DNA of 45,858 nucleotides from NCBI GenBank assembly GCA_038727095.1, contig JAVYWK010000014.1, forward strand, positions 1-45,858. The letters are read 5' to 3'. Shown piece by piece: positions 44,058 through 45,858 of the stretch; within the stretch, counting starts at the first letter, position 1, and every line of letters starts with the position of its first letter. The notes beneath the pieces were generated by a model. The model did not search any database. It was not told where the DNA came from and was given only the letters and a program-made list of their open reading frames with translations. This DNA is from Thermofilaceae archaeon (GTDB taxonomy: Archaea > Thermoproteota > Thermoprotei > Thermofilales > Thermofilaceae). The position numbers and the translations under genes were made by a program.

Positions 44058-44672
44058 GTGAAAGTGCACGTTGAAGCAGATGCGGATCCACCCGCGTACA
44101 GGAGCGCGGTGGTTTACGTCACGCTCGGCGAGCCGTTGGAGGGTGTGGGGATTCTCCTCCGCCTGAGGGAGGGGGTGGCTGTGACGGGCTGCTGGCCCCG
44201 TTGGCCGGATAGAATGGGGGAGCGTGAAGCCCTATGGTTGGCCACGCTCTACCCGAGGCGCTTCGAGGGAGGGATCGTCTACTCCTTCGGAGTGCGGTTG
44301 GATTTGCAGGGCGCGCCGCCTGAAGTGCTCGGCAACCTGAGGTGGGGGCTGAGGGGTCGCGCTATCATCCTCGAGGCCGTGAGGGAGCCCCGCGTGAGAG
44401 CGTTGGTAGGCCCCTTGAGGCCCGGCTTTAAGGTGCTCAGCTCTCTCGGTAGGTTGGAAGTCGTGGGCGAGCCGCTCGCCCGCTACATCGCGATCGAGGG
44501 TAGGGGTGTGGCGCTGGAGTTGGAGGCTCCCGGGCAGAGCGTTGTAAGCGGTTACTTGGAGTTTGAGCCTGAGGCCGGTGAGATGCCCTTCGAGGTTGAG
44601 GTTCTCGGCCTCGTTAACCCCGTATTCGAGCGCACGATGATCGTGAGGCTGCGGGACCTGCACCTGGATTAG
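44058..44672 (+). CDS. Hypothetical protein
   Basis: Open frame with host-like codon usage; start moved to GTG 44058 to avoid overlap with the divergent gene. Confidence 0.65.
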   Translation: MKVHVEADADPPAYRSAVVYVTLGEPLEGVGILLRLREGVAVTGCWPRWPDRMGEREALWLATLYPRRFEGGIVYSFGVRLDLQGAPPEVLGNLRWGLRGRAIILEAVREPRVRALVGPLRPGFKVLSSLGRLEVVGEPLARYIAIEGRGVALELEAPGQSVVSGYLEFEPEAGEMPFEVEVLGLVNPVFERTMIVRLRDLHLD

Positions 44673-44720
44673 CTTGACGGGAGCCGGAATCCTCTTAAGC
44701 CCCTGTCTCAGGCGCTGCTC

Positions 44721-45858
44721 ATGAGCGGGGAGAGGACTTCACGCATCCCCGAGTTCTACAAGAGGCCGGTGAGGGAGAGGCTTAGAATCGTGGCCGAGTT
44801 TGCGGGTTTAACGGAGGAGGAGGTGAACCTTCTTAAAAACTTCGGGAACCTAGACCCCGCGATCGCCGACCGTATGATTGAGAACGTGATCGGTGCGATG
44901 AGCTACCCCTTCGCCGTGGCTGTCAACTTCCTGATCAACGGCAAGGATTACATCGTCCCCATGGTCATCGAGGAGCCCAGCGTGGTCGCAGCGGCGAGCA
45001 ACGCCGCTAGAGTCATGCGCCGCGACGGGGGGATCAAGTCGGTGGCCACGGAGCCGATCATGATCGGGCAGATACAGGTGATCGGCTTGAAGAACCCCCA
45101 TTACGCTCGCATGCAGGTTCTCGAGCACAAGCAGGAGATCATCGAGAAGGCGAACGAGATCGACCCCGTGTTAGTCCAGGTGGGAGGTGGAGCCAGGGAC
45201 GTGGAAGCGAGAGTCGTTGAGGGGCCGCGCGGACCGATGCTGATCGTCCACCTACTGGTGGACGTTAGGGACGCGATGGGCGCTAACGCGGTCAACACAA
45301 TGGCTGAGAGAGTATCCCCCCTCATTGAGAGGATCACGGGCGGTAAAACGCTCCTGAGGATCATCTCGAACCTTGCCGACAGGAGGCTGGTTCGCTCCTG
45401 GGTGAAGGTGTACAAGGAGGATATCGGGGGCGAGGAGGTGGTCGACGCGATCGTCGATGCCTGGGCTTTCGCGGCGTCCGACCCCTACAGGGCTGCGACG
45501 CACAACAAGGGGATCATGAACGGTGTAATCGCGGTAGCGCTGGCGACGGCTCAGGACCACAGGGCGATTGAAGCGGGAGCGCACGCTTACGCGGCGCGCG
45601 ACGGTAGGTACAGGCCTTTGACGGTTTGGGACAAGGATCCTGACGGAAACCTCGTCGGAACGCTGGAAATGCCGATGGCGGTGGGCATCATAGGCGGAGC
45701 TATCAGGACCCACCCGGTCGCTAGGATCGCGCTGAAGATCCTCGGCGTGAAGAGCGCGAAAGAGCTGGCTGAAGTCATGGGAGCTGTAGGCCTAGCGCAG
45801 AACTTCGCGGCGCTCAGAGCGCTCGCCACCGAGGGCATCCAGAGGGGTCACATGAGGC
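44721..45858 (+). CDS. mvaA: Class II hydroxymethylglutaryl-CoA reductase, 3' end outside the window
   Basis: MSGERTSRIPEFYK..., MIENVIG, MVIEEPSVVAAAS, DAMGAN, THNKGIMNG, QNFAALRALATEGIQRGHM; absent from ORF track because there is no stop in the window. Confidence 0.95.
   Translation, partial: MSGERTSRIPEFYKRPVRERLRIVAEFAGLTEEEVNLLKNFGNLDPAIADRMIENVIGAMSYPFAVAVNFLINGKDYIVPMVIEEPSVVAAASNAARVMRRDGGIKSVATEPIMIGQIQVIGLKNPHYARMQVLEHKQEIIEKANEIDPVLVQVGGGARDVEARVVEGPRGPMLIVHLLVDVRDAMGANAVNTMAERVSPLIERITGGKTLLRIISNLADRRLVRSWVKVYKEDIGGEEVVDAIVDAWAFAASDPYRAATHNKGIMNGVIAVALATAQDHRAIEAGAHAYAARDGRYRPLTVWDKDPDGNLVGTLEMPMAVGIIGGAIRTHPVARIALKILGVKSAKELAEVMGAVGLAQNFAALRALATEGIQRGHMR

Noticed and set aside
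44850-45838. Four minus-strand ORFs at the window end
   Set aside because: Shadows of the plus-strand HMG-CoA reductase that the ORF track missed.
1-45858. CRISPR array, tRNA, rRNA, transposase or integrase
   Set aside because: No regularly spaced repeats, no T-loop/acceptor-stem tRNA pattern (including intron-containing forms) in the gaps, and no recognisable recombinase ORF. Checked by eye only.

Overview
A 45.9 kb gene-dense window from a GC-rich (roughly 60% by eye) archaeon. Gene content and style point to Thermoproteota, probably Thermofilaceae (inference): form III RuBisCO, NreA, NurA/HerA, Nep1, archaemetzincin, CTP-dependent riboflavin kinase, BRE/TATA promoters and mostly leaderless genes. 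It is mainly chromosomal backbone: non-pyrrolysine MttB-family methyltransferase (partial), rbcL, nreA plus a radical SAM gene, nucleoside hydrolase, membrane-anchored GH35, an alpha-glucan phosphorylase homologue, a stand-alone nurA-herA pair, three intact vapBC loci and a class II HMG-CoA reductase (partial, missing from the ORF track). A lower-GC block (~19.2-29.0 kb), bracketed by two vapBC modules, carries an Opp/Dpp-type ABC transporter and a doubly broken surface metalloprotease gene. No CRISPR array, tRNA, rRNA or transposase was seen. The most interesting candidates are: (i) an unannotated ~160-nt structured RNA with its own promoter and a possible kissing loop (12339-12510), plus a second 83-nt hairpin element (4502-4584); (ii) an AEP-primase-like protein fused to an unknown helical domain with a PIP-like tail; (iii) four DNA-processing proteins within 16 kb that all end in PIP-like motifs; (iv) a phosphorylase whose PLP-binding lysine is replaced by arginine. 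All calls are from motif recognition by eye; no searches or folding programs were run.
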